A stretch of 64,000 nucleotides of DNA from Spirochaetia bacterium (GTDB taxonomy: Bacteria; Spirochaetota; Spirochaetia; UBA9216): contig CAXXYH010000004.1 in NCBI GenBank assembly GCA_963677925.2, forward strand, positions 160,001-224,000, read 5' to 3'. Positions 56,205 to 64,000 of the stretch are shown one piece after another; the first letter of the stretch is position 1; the number at the start of each line of letters is the position of its first letter. A program made the translations under genes and the position numbers. The notes below the pieces were generated by a model. It had not been told where the DNA came from. It saw only the letters and a program-made list of their open reading frames with translations, and ran no database searches.

Positions 56205-56678
56205 TTGACCTCGAAATTTATCCACAAGGACAGAGTCCTAGGACTCATAATGCTGGCTTTAACAGGCTTCTTCGGATTTCACACCATGCGCCTTCCTGAA
56301 TCCGTTGTCCAGGGAGATCCTGGCCCCAAGGTATTCCCCTATATAGGATGTTTCCTCATGGGCGTGATCGGCATTTCCTATCTGTTTAAGAAACATCCGG
56401 ATACTGCAAAAGAAATAGACAGGGAAGAACTGAAACGTCTTGTGCTTCTTTTTTCTCTTTACGTTCTGTTCTTTGTAGTCCTTTGGCTTTTCGGCTACCT
56501 GGTTGCAATTCCTGTAGCAACATTCCTTATTTCAATGCTGTTCTCAAGGGAAGCAAATATTAAGACCAGAAATGTTGTTATCTATACCGTACTGGTAACG
56601 CTAGGAATCTACATCGCATACGTCGTAGCTCTCGGCTCTTCTCTTCCGAAGGGCATATTCTGGAACCTTTTCAGGTAA
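56205..56678 (+). CDS. tctB: Tripartite tricarboxylate transporter small permease
   Basis: GDPGPKVFP, LFGYLVA, LPKG; TTG start after AGGAG. Confidence 0.88.
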   Translation: MTSKFIHKDRVLGLIMLALTGFFGFHTMRLPESVVQGDPGPKVFPYIGCFLMGVIGISYLFKKHPDTAKEIDREELKRLVLLFSLYVLFFVVLWLFGYLVAIPVATFLISMLFSREANIKTRNVVIYTVLVTLGIYIAYVVALGSSLPKGIFWNLFR

Positions 56679-56696
56679 GACAGGAAGGTAGATAAA

Positions 56697-58187
56697 ATGA
56701 TACTTGAAACATTACAGACAATCGCCACACCCGCTGGCCTGATTTATATTTTCGGAGGAGCCGTTCTTGGAATGCTTCTCGGAGCAATCCCGGGACTCAG
56801 CGGAGGAACAATCACGATCCTGCTGCTGCCGATATCCTACAAGATGAATCCGGCTCTTGCACTGGGTCTGTTTACTTCAATTTACATAGGAAGTACATCC
56901 GGAGGCTGTATCGGTTCAATTCTGCTTGGAATTCCCGGCACGAACTCATCGATTGTAACTACATTTGACGGTTACCCAATGACTAAAAAGGGCGAGCCGG
57001 TACGTGCACTCAGTGCCGCGGTCAGCTCAAACTTCATAGCGATGATCCCCTCTCTTGTAATCGCTATAATCGCAGCACCCCTGCTTGCAAAGCTTGCTGT
57101 AAAACTTGGCCCCTGGGAATACTTTGCACTTTGTCTTTGCGCAATCGCAATGGTTGTCGGGCTTTCAAAAGAGAATGCAACGAAGGGCTTACTTGCTGTA
57201 GGGCTTGCAATTATTGCCGCCTCAGTGGGAATGGCTCCAATCTCATCTACCCAGCGTTTCACATTCGGCAACCTCTACCTTTATGACGGCTTCAGCATTG
57301 TAAACATAATGATGGGTATGTTCGCTGCAAAGATTATACTGCAGGAGTTTGCCAGCGGTAAAAAAGCCAAGGAAGCATCAAACATAAAGGTCAGCGGATT
57401 CAAACTTCCGGTAAAAGATCTTCTTAATAATGTAGGCAACATCATCAGGTCCTTTTTCACCGGCCTGATAATCGGATTCCTCCCGGGACTCGGCGGAAAA
57501 ACCTCAACATTCCTGGCTTATTCAACTGAAAGAAACCTGTCCAAAAATAAAGAAAACTGGGGAAAGGGTGAGGTTGCAGGCGTCATTGCACCGGAAGTTG
57601 CAAATAATGCAGGAATAGGAGGAGAGCTTATTCCGCTTATCGCCCTGGGTATACCGGGAAGCACACCAATGACTCTCTTTCTGGCAGCGCTTACAATTCA
57701 TGGAATAAACCCGGGTCCGCTCCTGATAAGGAATAACCCTGAAATTGTTTACATGATCTACATCGCAGCTATCATAGCTGCAGTGCTCATCCTCATTGTT
57801 GAAATAGTAGGCATGCCCATTTTCCCGAGAATGCTGAAAGCACCATATCACTATCTGTATCCTTTAATTATCATAATTTCACTGCTTGGCGCATATCTCT
57901 CCGGTAACAGCTTATTCGGACTGTTCGTTACTCTTGTTGCCTGCCTGCTCGGACTCGCGATGGATTATTTCAGCATTCCGATAGTTCCATTCATCATGAC
58001 CTATATCCTGAGTACGCTTCTTGAAAGAAATCTAAGGATGGCTTTGAACTATTCCGATACAGGCTTCCTATCATTTTTTACCCGTCCGGTTTCCGCAATT
58101 CTACTTCTAATAGGAGCAGGGTTACTGGTTTGGAACCTGGTAGGTCATTTAATCAAACCTGCGAAACAGAAAGCCGAAGTTCGATAA
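56697..58187 (+). CDS. tctA: Tripartite tricarboxylate transporter large permease
   Basis: GAIPGL, ILLGIPGT, DGYPM, APEVANNA, LGIPGS, PGPLL. Confidence 0.93.
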   Translation: MILETLQTIATPAGLIYIFGGAVLGMLLGAIPGLSGGTITILLLPISYKMNPALALGLFTSIYIGSTSGGCIGSILLGIPGTNSSIVTTFDGYPMTKKGEPVRALSAAVSSNFIAMIPSLVIAIIAAPLLAKLAVKLGPWEYFALCLCAIAMVVGLSKENATKGLLAVGLAIIAASVGMAPISSTQRFTFGNLYLYDGFSIVNIMMGMFAAKIILQEFASGKKAKEASNIKVSGFKLPVKDLLNNVGNIIRSFFTGLIIGFLPGLGGKTSTFLAYSTERNLSKNKENWGKGEVAGVIAPEVANNAGIGGELIPLIALGIPGSTPMTLFLAALTIHGINPGPLLIRNNPEIVYMIYIAAIIAAVLILIVEIVGMPIFPRMLKAPYHYLYPLIIIISLLGAYLSGNSLFGLFVTLVACLLGLAMDYFSIPIVPFIMTYILSTLLERNLRMALNYSDTGFLSFFTRPVSAILLLIGAGLLVWNLVGHLIKPAKQKAEVR

Positions 58188-58249
58188 AAATATTATGCAA
58201 TTAATGCTGCAATTTGCAGCATTTGAAAAATATTAAATAGGAGAAAAGA

Positions 58250-59263
58250 ATGAAAAAGAAGAGGAAAATTTTATTGCTGGCAGTTGCTGTTCTGGTTTTA
58301 TTCAGTCTGCATACTCTTTCTGCAAACGGACAGCAGGAAGGTGCTGCGGGCGGAGCTGAGGCCTGGCCGGCAAAAGATGTAACAGTTTACATCCCGAACC
58401 CGCCGGGAGCACCAATCGATTTATCCACAAGAATTATGCTTGAATACCTGACTGAAAAAACTGGTGGAACATTTATTCCTGTAAATGAAAACACCGGTGT
58501 CGGCACCCTGGCATTAAAAAAACTTTCAGGTGCAAAACCGGACGGATATACACTCATGTTTACCGGCTCAGGTGCAAATATCCAGTATCATACAGGACAG
58601 AATGATATTAACCCAATGAATCCTGACCAGGTAACAATTATTTCTTCAACTCCGGGTTTAAAGGTTGATTTTGACTCTGTACTTCTCACAACTCCCGATC
58701 ATCCTTATAAGACCTGGGAAGAATTTGTTGATTACGTAAAAGCACATCCCGGTGATGTAAATTACGGAACAAGTACAGGAAGTACTGTTGAGGTTAAGGC
58801 CCGAATGATCCTGAAACAGTTCGACCTTGAAGACAAGGTTAAACTTGTATATTCCGGTAATTCAGAAATTCCTATCGGGATGCTGGGCGGTTCTATTGAT
58901 GCCGCAGTTCTGTCAGGCTTGAGTGCCATGCAGTACCTGCAGGACGGTTCCTTTATTGCCCTTATGCATACAATAGATGAGTACAACGGCAGCAACCCGC
59001 TTTTTGTAGATCTTCCTACTTATACAGATCTCGGATGCCCTGAACTGTATTCCGCATTTCCGATGTACCTGGTAGGACCCGGAAATATGGATCCTGAACT
59101 TGTTAACAAGATTAATTCAATGCTGACCGATGCAGCTTCAATAGATAAGTATGTAGAACGATGGGATAAAATGCACAGTATTTATATACCAAAATCTCCG
59201 GAAGAAATCCGTGAAATGGTTGCCCGCATGGATAAAAACATCGAAAAAGTTTACAAAAAATAA
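58250..59263 (+). CDS. tctC: Tripartite tricarboxylate transporter substrate-binding protein (Bug/TctC)
   Basis: WPAKDVTVYIP.PPG...D...R, AKPDGYTL, V.YVKAHPG, LPT..DLG. Confidence 0.88.
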   Translation: MKKKRKILLLAVAVLVLFSLHTLSANGQQEGAAGGAEAWPAKDVTVYIPNPPGAPIDLSTRIMLEYLTEKTGGTFIPVNENTGVGTLALKKLSGAKPDGYTLMFTGSGANIQYHTGQNDINPMNPDQVTIISSTPGLKVDFDSVLLTTPDHPYKTWEEFVDYVKAHPGDVNYGTSTGSTVEVKARMILKQFDLEDKVKLVYSGNSEIPIGMLGGSIDAAVLSGLSAMQYLQDGSFIALMHTIDEYNGSNPLFVDLPTYTDLGCPELYSAFPMYLVGPGNMDPELVNKINSMLTDAASIDKYVERWDKMHSIYIPKSPEEIREMVARMDKNIEKVYKK

Positions 59264-59314
59264 AACATCTTCAGGCGGGAGTAATTTAAACTCCCGCCTC
59301 GCCTAGAGAAACCT

Positions 59315-60145
59315 ATGAACAAAAACTGGGGCTCCGATAATTTACTGATTGGCCAGATGGCCAGAATGCATAATATCTCACCAAAAATGCTTCGATATTG
59401 GGACAGAATCGATGTGCTTAAACCCGCAGTAACCAATGAAATAAACGGCTACAGGTATTATACAACCAGGCAGTTCCACACACTTAATTTTATAATCTAT
59501 ATGCGATCAATGGGCCTTTCATACAAGGAAATTAAAAATTACCTTAAGAACGATCATCACAACAGCCTGATTGAACTTCTTGATTCACAAATTGATATCA
59601 GCGAAAAGCGAATACAGGAACTTCAAACTACTCAGACAATGCTCAAAGGACTGAAGTCAGAGATTGAGAATGCGCTGGATGTAAAGCAGGATGAAGCCGT
59701 CAGACTTGAACGGAGGAAGGCCAGGCAGATCCTCCGGATGAAGGGCGATATCAAAACCAGGGTTGAGTTTGAGACTCTGGTATACAGTCTACGGAACAAA
59801 ATTGAGAACAAACCTCATATCCTGATGCCGAAGGTAGGATTGTTCCTTGACCGTGAAGAATTTAAAAAAGGGAATTTTGATGTATTCAGCGGAATCTATA
59901 TTCTTAAAGAAAACTACAACACATCCCCAGGATTTATTTCAAGCCTGCCGGCCGGAGATTATGCCTCAATCACATTCTGGGGGAGGACTGAAGAATCTGA
60001 AAACCAGTTTGCCAAACTGGCTGATTTTCTGGACCGGAACAATCTTCAAATGAAGGATGATGTTATACGCTGTGTTGTTGCACCCGGCATGCATGAGGAC
60101 GAGCGTGGTCATCTGGCCCAGATTGCTGTCCGGGTTTCAGACTGA
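59315..60145 (+). CDS. MerR family regulator with a C-terminal GyrI-like ligand-binding domain
   Basis: IGQMARMHNISPKMLRYWD..D.LKP......NGYRYY; LPAGDYASI.F.G. Confidence 0.9.
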   Translation: MNKNWGSDNLLIGQMARMHNISPKMLRYWDRIDVLKPAVTNEINGYRYYTTRQFHTLNFIIYMRSMGLSYKEIKNYLKNDHHNSLIELLDSQIDISEKRIQELQTTQTMLKGLKSEIENALDVKQDEAVRLERRKARQILRMKGDIKTRVEFETLVYSLRNKIENKPHILMPKVGLFLDREEFKKGNFDVFSGIYILKENYNTSPGFISSLPAGDYASITFWGRTEESENQFAKLADFLDRNNLQMKDDVIRCVVAPGMHEDERGHLAQIAVRVSD

Positions 60146-60147
60146 AA

Positions 60148-60873
60148 CTACTCCCAGGGCGTTTTAGTTTTCCTTCTGACAACTATCTCATCTATAACAG
60201 CATTGCCGTTCATTCCCAGCAGAAAGCCTACTGAGGCCGCAATATCTTCAGGCTGTATCATTTCCGATGTATCAATGTCCGGCCTGACAGTTCTTACCAT
60301 ATCAGTATCAACCCCGCCCGGCAGCACAGCATGAACACGGATATTAGTTTTGGATAAATCCCGCGCTGTTGATTTTGTCAGGCCGTAGAGTGCATGCTTT
60401 GATGCAGAATATAAAACCTGATTTTCATAACCCTTCTGTGAAACAATTGAACAGATATTTATTATAAAACCGGGGTCTGCCTTCTTCAGAAAAGGTATTG
60501 CTTCCTGAATCAGAAAAAAGGGGATCTTTGCATTTATGTTCATCACACGATCCCATTCCTCAGAAGAATATCCGCCGACAGGCTTTGCCATTGTAATTCC
60601 AGCATTATTCACAAGAAGATCCAGTCTGCCGAACTGTTCTACAGAAGCTCTTACTATATCAGCACAGTCAGAAACTTCAGAAAGCTCAGCCTGTCTTATG
60701 ACAACATTAACTTTATCTCCGGCAGGAAGTGATTCAAAAACCTTAGCTTTGGTTTCTTCAAGTCTGGCAGCATTTCTTCCTGTCAGAAAGAGGCTGTATC
60801 CATGGGAAGCAGCCTCTACTGCTATAGCCCTTCCTATACCGCCGGATGCCCCTGTAACAAGAGCAGCCTTCAT
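60148..60873 (-). CDS. SDR family oxidoreductase
   Basis: TGASGGIG, LVNNAG, YSASK, PGGVDT. Confidence 0.92.
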   Translation of the reverse strand: MKAALVTGASGGIGRAIAVEAASHGYSLFLTGRNAARLEETKAKVFESLPAGDKVNVVIRQAELSEVSDCADIVRASVEQFGRLDLLVNNAGITMAKPVGGYSSEEWDRVMNINAKIPFFLIQEAIPFLKKADPGFIINICSIVSQKGYENQVLYSASKHALYGLTKSTARDLSKTNIRVHAVLPGGVDTDMVRTVRPDIDTSEMIQPEDIAASVGFLLGMNGNAVIDEIVVRRKTKTPWE

Positions 60874-61334
60874 TTCTTTAGAGCTTCCAGGGCTTTCGGA
60901 ACGGTATCTCCGGGTTTTACCTTATACCAGGCTTCTATAATTTTTCCGTAGGGATCAACAAGAAAAGAAGATCTGATAATGCCGAAATACTTTTTACCAT
61001 ACATACTCTTCTCGCCCCAGACATTGAATGCCTCTGCAGCAACATGGTCTTCATCAGCAAGAAGAGGAAAACCAAGTTCGTATTTTTCATCAAATTTTTT
61101 CTGTTTTGCGGGTGCATCCGGACTTATCCCTACAGCCTTACAGCTCAGTTTTGAAAAGTCATCACGGGCCTCACTGACGGCACAGCTCTGTGTTGTACAG
61201 CCGGAAGTCATGGCCTTCGGATAAAAGTAAACAAGTAAATAACTTCCATTAAAATCTTTAAGTTCAACCGTATTTCCGTCCTGATCGGAAAGTGAAAAAT
61301 CGGGACATCTATCCCCGGCTTTAAGTTTATCCAT
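60870..61334 (-). CDS. bcp: Thioredoxin-dependent thiol peroxidase (Bcp/PrxQ)
   Basis: YFYPKAMTSGCTTQSC, GISPD, FPLLAD, MYGKKY.GI.RSSF. Confidence 0.92.
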   Translation of the reverse strand: MDKLKAGDRCPDFSLSDQDGNTVELKDFNGSYLLVYFYPKAMTSGCTTQSCAVSEARDDFSKLSCKAVGISPDAPAKQKKFDEKYELGFPLLADEDHVAAEAFNVWGEKSMYGKKYFGIIRSSFLVDPYGKIIEAWYKVKPGDTVPKALEALKK

Positions 61335-61335
61335 T

Positions 61336-62514
61336 TTATTCTCCTGATATTCTTTTAAATTCCTGTTTTATATAAACACCTATCTCCGAACCGCTGCAGA
61401 TAAAAACAGCAAACTCCCGTCCTGCATCATTCGTTATATTTTCCTGATACCGGATCTGTGAATGAAGCCACAGAAAATCAGCCAGTTCCGCAGCCTTCTC
61501 GGACCTTAGAATAACAGATAAATCCGCTCCGGTTTCATCTGCAAAATCCCGCGCCATGGCTTCAACGGCATAAGACCTGGGCCAGGCTGTCAGTTCATCT
61601 CGCACCAGAGTAACTTCATCCGGAATCAGCTCTGCATCAACACCGAAAAAGAAATCTGAATCACCCTCCCAGACACCGTATGCTCCTGAAGGTTCAATAT
61701 ATTCAGACTCAACCCCGCTGCGGTTTTCGAACTCCCCGGAACCGTCTCCGGCATTACGGAGAAATCCGAAGTAGATTACCAGCCCGGCTGCTATAACAAA
61801 GGTAATAATAAAATTGACCCGCATCAACTTTCTTATTCCTGATGAGGGCTGGATATTCCTGATATTCTCCCGGAACTCTTCAGGGAATACGGTTTCGGCT
61901 ATACTTTCAGAGGTTCTGATATCTATCCCCCTGGCTTCAAGTTTTTCTGTAAATGCGGCAGGGTCTTTCGGTGTAATTATATAATAGCCGTTTGCAGTAT
62001 TCAGTATAACGGCATCTGATCCCGCATTAACACCGTAGCTGCGGATATCTATCGGACCGCCCCTCCGAATCTCACTCATAATCGGGGCCACGGACATAAA
62101 ACCCGTTACCTCTCCGTATGATTTTGACGCCTTTATCCACTTAAAAAATTCAAGCCCCTTCTCCGCCTCAACCACGGGTCTGTACAGATTCTCCAGAAAA
62201 CCCCTCAGTTCTTTCCTGCTGACTGCGGAAACCCATTTGATATCAGAAATATCAAGTTCCCTCTTTGTCATCCGGGCTTTTAGAATAAGACTGTATTTCC
62301 CGATTCCATATTTCCGGCTTCCGGGCAGGTTCTGAAGACCCGCAGCAAGAAAAAGCAGAAGGCCGAAAGAGGCAGCCGCTATTCCTTCCACGGAGTGTGA
62401 TGTCAAAATTGCAAAGACCCCCATCAGGAGGAAAAACAGAAGGCCCAGAAACATCGGCAGCAGCCTGACTGCCCTGTAGCGGGCAGGAAAGTATTCGAAG
62501 CTATATTCTTCCAT
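61336..62514 (-). CDS. Membrane protein with a bacterial PH-like domain
   Basis: Two N-terminal TMs; 'AVILNTANGYYIITPKDPAAF...L' bPH-type motif; third TM and acidic C-terminal domain. Confidence 0.55.
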   Translation of the reverse strand: MEEYSFEYFPARYRAVRLLPMFLGLLFFLLMGVFAILTSHSVEGIAAASFGLLLFLAAGLQNLPGSRKYGIGKYSLILKARMTKRELDISDIKWVSAVSRKELRGFLENLYRPVVEAEKGLEFFKWIKASKSYGEVTGFMSVAPIMSEIRRGGPIDIRSYGVNAGSDAVILNTANGYYIITPKDPAAFTEKLEARGIDIRTSESIAETVFPEEFRENIRNIQPSSGIRKLMRVNFIITFVIAAGLVIYFGFLRNAGDGSGEFENRSGVESEYIEPSGAYGVWEGDSDFFFGVDAELIPDEVTLVRDELTAWPRSYAVEAMARDFADETGADLSVILRSEKAAELADFLWLHSQIRYQENITNDAGREFAVFICSGSEIGVYIKQEFKRISGE

Positions 62515-62598
62515 ATTTAAAATGATAGATATCCGTACATCAAAAATAAATAGCAGCAGAACTTCTTTTTACTGTTTTATTATCTTATGGACCGAAAA

Positions 62599-64000
62599 TT
62601 ACAGCTTTTCAAGCTCGGAATTCAGCTGCTTCATCTGCTCGATATTCTGCTTTCCAATCTCTTCCAGTCCGGCGGCTTCGCTTACAATTTTTTTACCGAT
62701 ATCTGTTAGAACGGCAATATGCTCCTTGGTTTCACCGCAGGATTCCGATATATTTTTGACAGACTTGTCACTAAGCACAATATCCTGCTCCATGCTGTCC
62801 AGCGCCTTCAGCACATCTTCATTTGACTGAAGAAGATGTTTTACTGATGTTGTTATGATGGTTGTTCCGGAGGAAAGCTCCTTCATACTTCCGACAATCT
62901 CCCTCAGTGAGTCTCCGACATTCATTACTTCATCAATTATTTTATTAAATACCAGTTTAAGTTCATTTATTGACTGGTTAGATTCTTCAAAATACCTGTT
63001 GTTGTTTTCAAGACTCTTCTTAACTGCATCCGAGTTCTGACCGGTTTCCTCAGACAGTTTTCTTATTTCCTCTGCAACAACAGCGAATCCCCGTCCGGCA
63101 TCTCCGGCATGAGCCGCTTCAATAGCAGCATTCATGGCAAGAAGATTCGTCCTGCTGGATATAGATTCAATGACTTCAATAATTTCGAGTATTTCTTTTG
63201 ATGATTCAGAAAGTTTTTTAATAGAATCAATTGACTCATCCAGTCTTTCACCGCCCTCTACGGAAGAATCCTTAAGCTCTGCGAGAATTTTAAGCCGCTG
63301 CTCTGCAGCACTGCTTATAAATGAAATCTGATCTACAATCTGATTTGCTGAACTGCTTGAATCGGAAACAGCCCTGGTCTGAATATCCATTCGCTCCCGA
63401 ACCTGCTTCTCTGAAGCTGCAATCTTCCGGTTTGACTGCCCGGTTTCTACAGTCGACGAAAAAAGCACTTCCGAGGTTCTTGTCAAATCCTGAATATCAG
63501 AAGTAAGTTCCTCAGTTACTTTGCTTGTGTTTTCAGCAGCAAGAAGAAGCCTTTCTCCGATATTGAATGTAGACTTCATAGAGCCTACTATCCGGTTAAG
63601 CTGTGTATAGCCTTTGGCAGTATTGTCACGCTCTTTTTCTATGAGAGATATTGACTTCAGCTGCATCCTGAAGACCATGGTGGCAAAAAGCGCTGCTACA
63701 AAAAGAAAAGCTATCGCTATTACAAAAGAACCGTAATCAGCTTCAGCACCCTGACTTTTAAGCATAGGCATCATCATAGTAAAAAAGAAGAAAATCTCCC
63801 CTACAATGCCTATTCCCGCTATGGCTATCATCTGCCACAGGTGATAGGACATTAAGGGGGCTACACAGATGATGGAAATGGTATAGGTTGAAAAGACATA
63901 TAAATCATCAAGTTCAGTATGTTCCTGCATCATAAACAGCCCGAAGGCAGCCATTATAAACAGAAAGACGCTGACGGTACTGCTGATTTTGTAAAACCCC
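62599..64000 (-). CDS. Methyl-accepting chemotaxis protein (5' end beyond the window)
   Basis: [38 protein letters not shown]; the frame stays open to the window end; several TMs. Confidence 0.95.
   Translation of the reverse strand, partial: GFYKISSTVSVFLFIMAAFGLFMMQEHTELDDLYVFSTYTISIICVAPLMSYHLWQMIAIAGIGIVGEIFFFFTMMMPMLKSQGAEADYGSFVIAIAFLFVAALFATMVFRMQLKSISLIEKERDNTAKGYTQLNRIVGSMKSTFNIGERLLLAAENTSKVTEELTSDIQDLTRTSEVLFSSTVETGQSNRKIAASEKQVRERMDIQTRAVSDSSSSANQIVDQISFISSAAEQRLKILAELKDSSVEGGERLDESIDSIKKLSESSKEILEIIEVIESISSRTNLLAMNAAIEAAHAGDAGRGFAVVAEEIRKLSEETGQNSDAVKKSLENNNRYFEESNQSINELKLVFNKIIDEVMNVGDSLREIVGSMKELSSGTTIITTSVKHLLQSNEDVLKALDSMEQDIVLSDKSVKNISESCGETKEHIAVLTDIGKKIVSEAAGLEEIGKQNIEQMKQLNSELEKL

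Noticed and set aside
59272-59300. Hairpin AGGCGGGAGT...ACTCCCGCCT between tctC and merR as an intrinsic terminator
   Set aside because: No U-tract follows; more likely an mRNA-stabilising stem allowing read-through.

Overview
Chromosomal window from a low/medium-GC bacterium, most likely a free-living spirochaete (inferred from spirochaete-style 'LFAGG'/'SANGQQE' solute-binding-protein leaders, spirochaetal lipoboxes and an MCP). In order: partial alanine dehydrogenase with a divergent Lrp/AsnC regulator; tRNA-Arg(CCT); DUF2798 gene behind a leader terminator; a degraded FGE-sulfatase remnant; a Cthe_2159-VTC-DUF4956-outer-membrane-protein operon; a FadR-controlled TRAP/enolase/2-hydroxyacid dehydrogenase/lipoate ligase cluster; a ~21 kb accessory island (17.5-38.6 kb); a cellodextrin-type locus (GH5-HEAT, GH1, ABC, LacI, two GH94, ROK); a glycyl radical enzyme with TctBAC and a MerR regulator; then SDR, bcp, a PH-domain membrane protein and a partial MCP. 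The island is the main candidate for an undescribed system. It holds two convergent, signal-peptide-bearing caspase-like TPR-CHAT proteases, an output-less CHASE2-like membrane protein, an M48-TerB fusion, an ECF-like sigma factor with an insertion plus a small partner ORF, and exported proteins including a circularly permuted vWA lipoprotein. Four island genes share an upstream AAAK-N16-CCACTAA motif, a likely promoter for the island's sigma factor. The second candidate is the orphan glycyl radical enzyme (GCLD Cys loop, no adjacent activase), which shares twin 19-bp-spacer MerR promoters with the tricarboxylate transporter. All product calls come from motif recognition by eye; no database searches were run.
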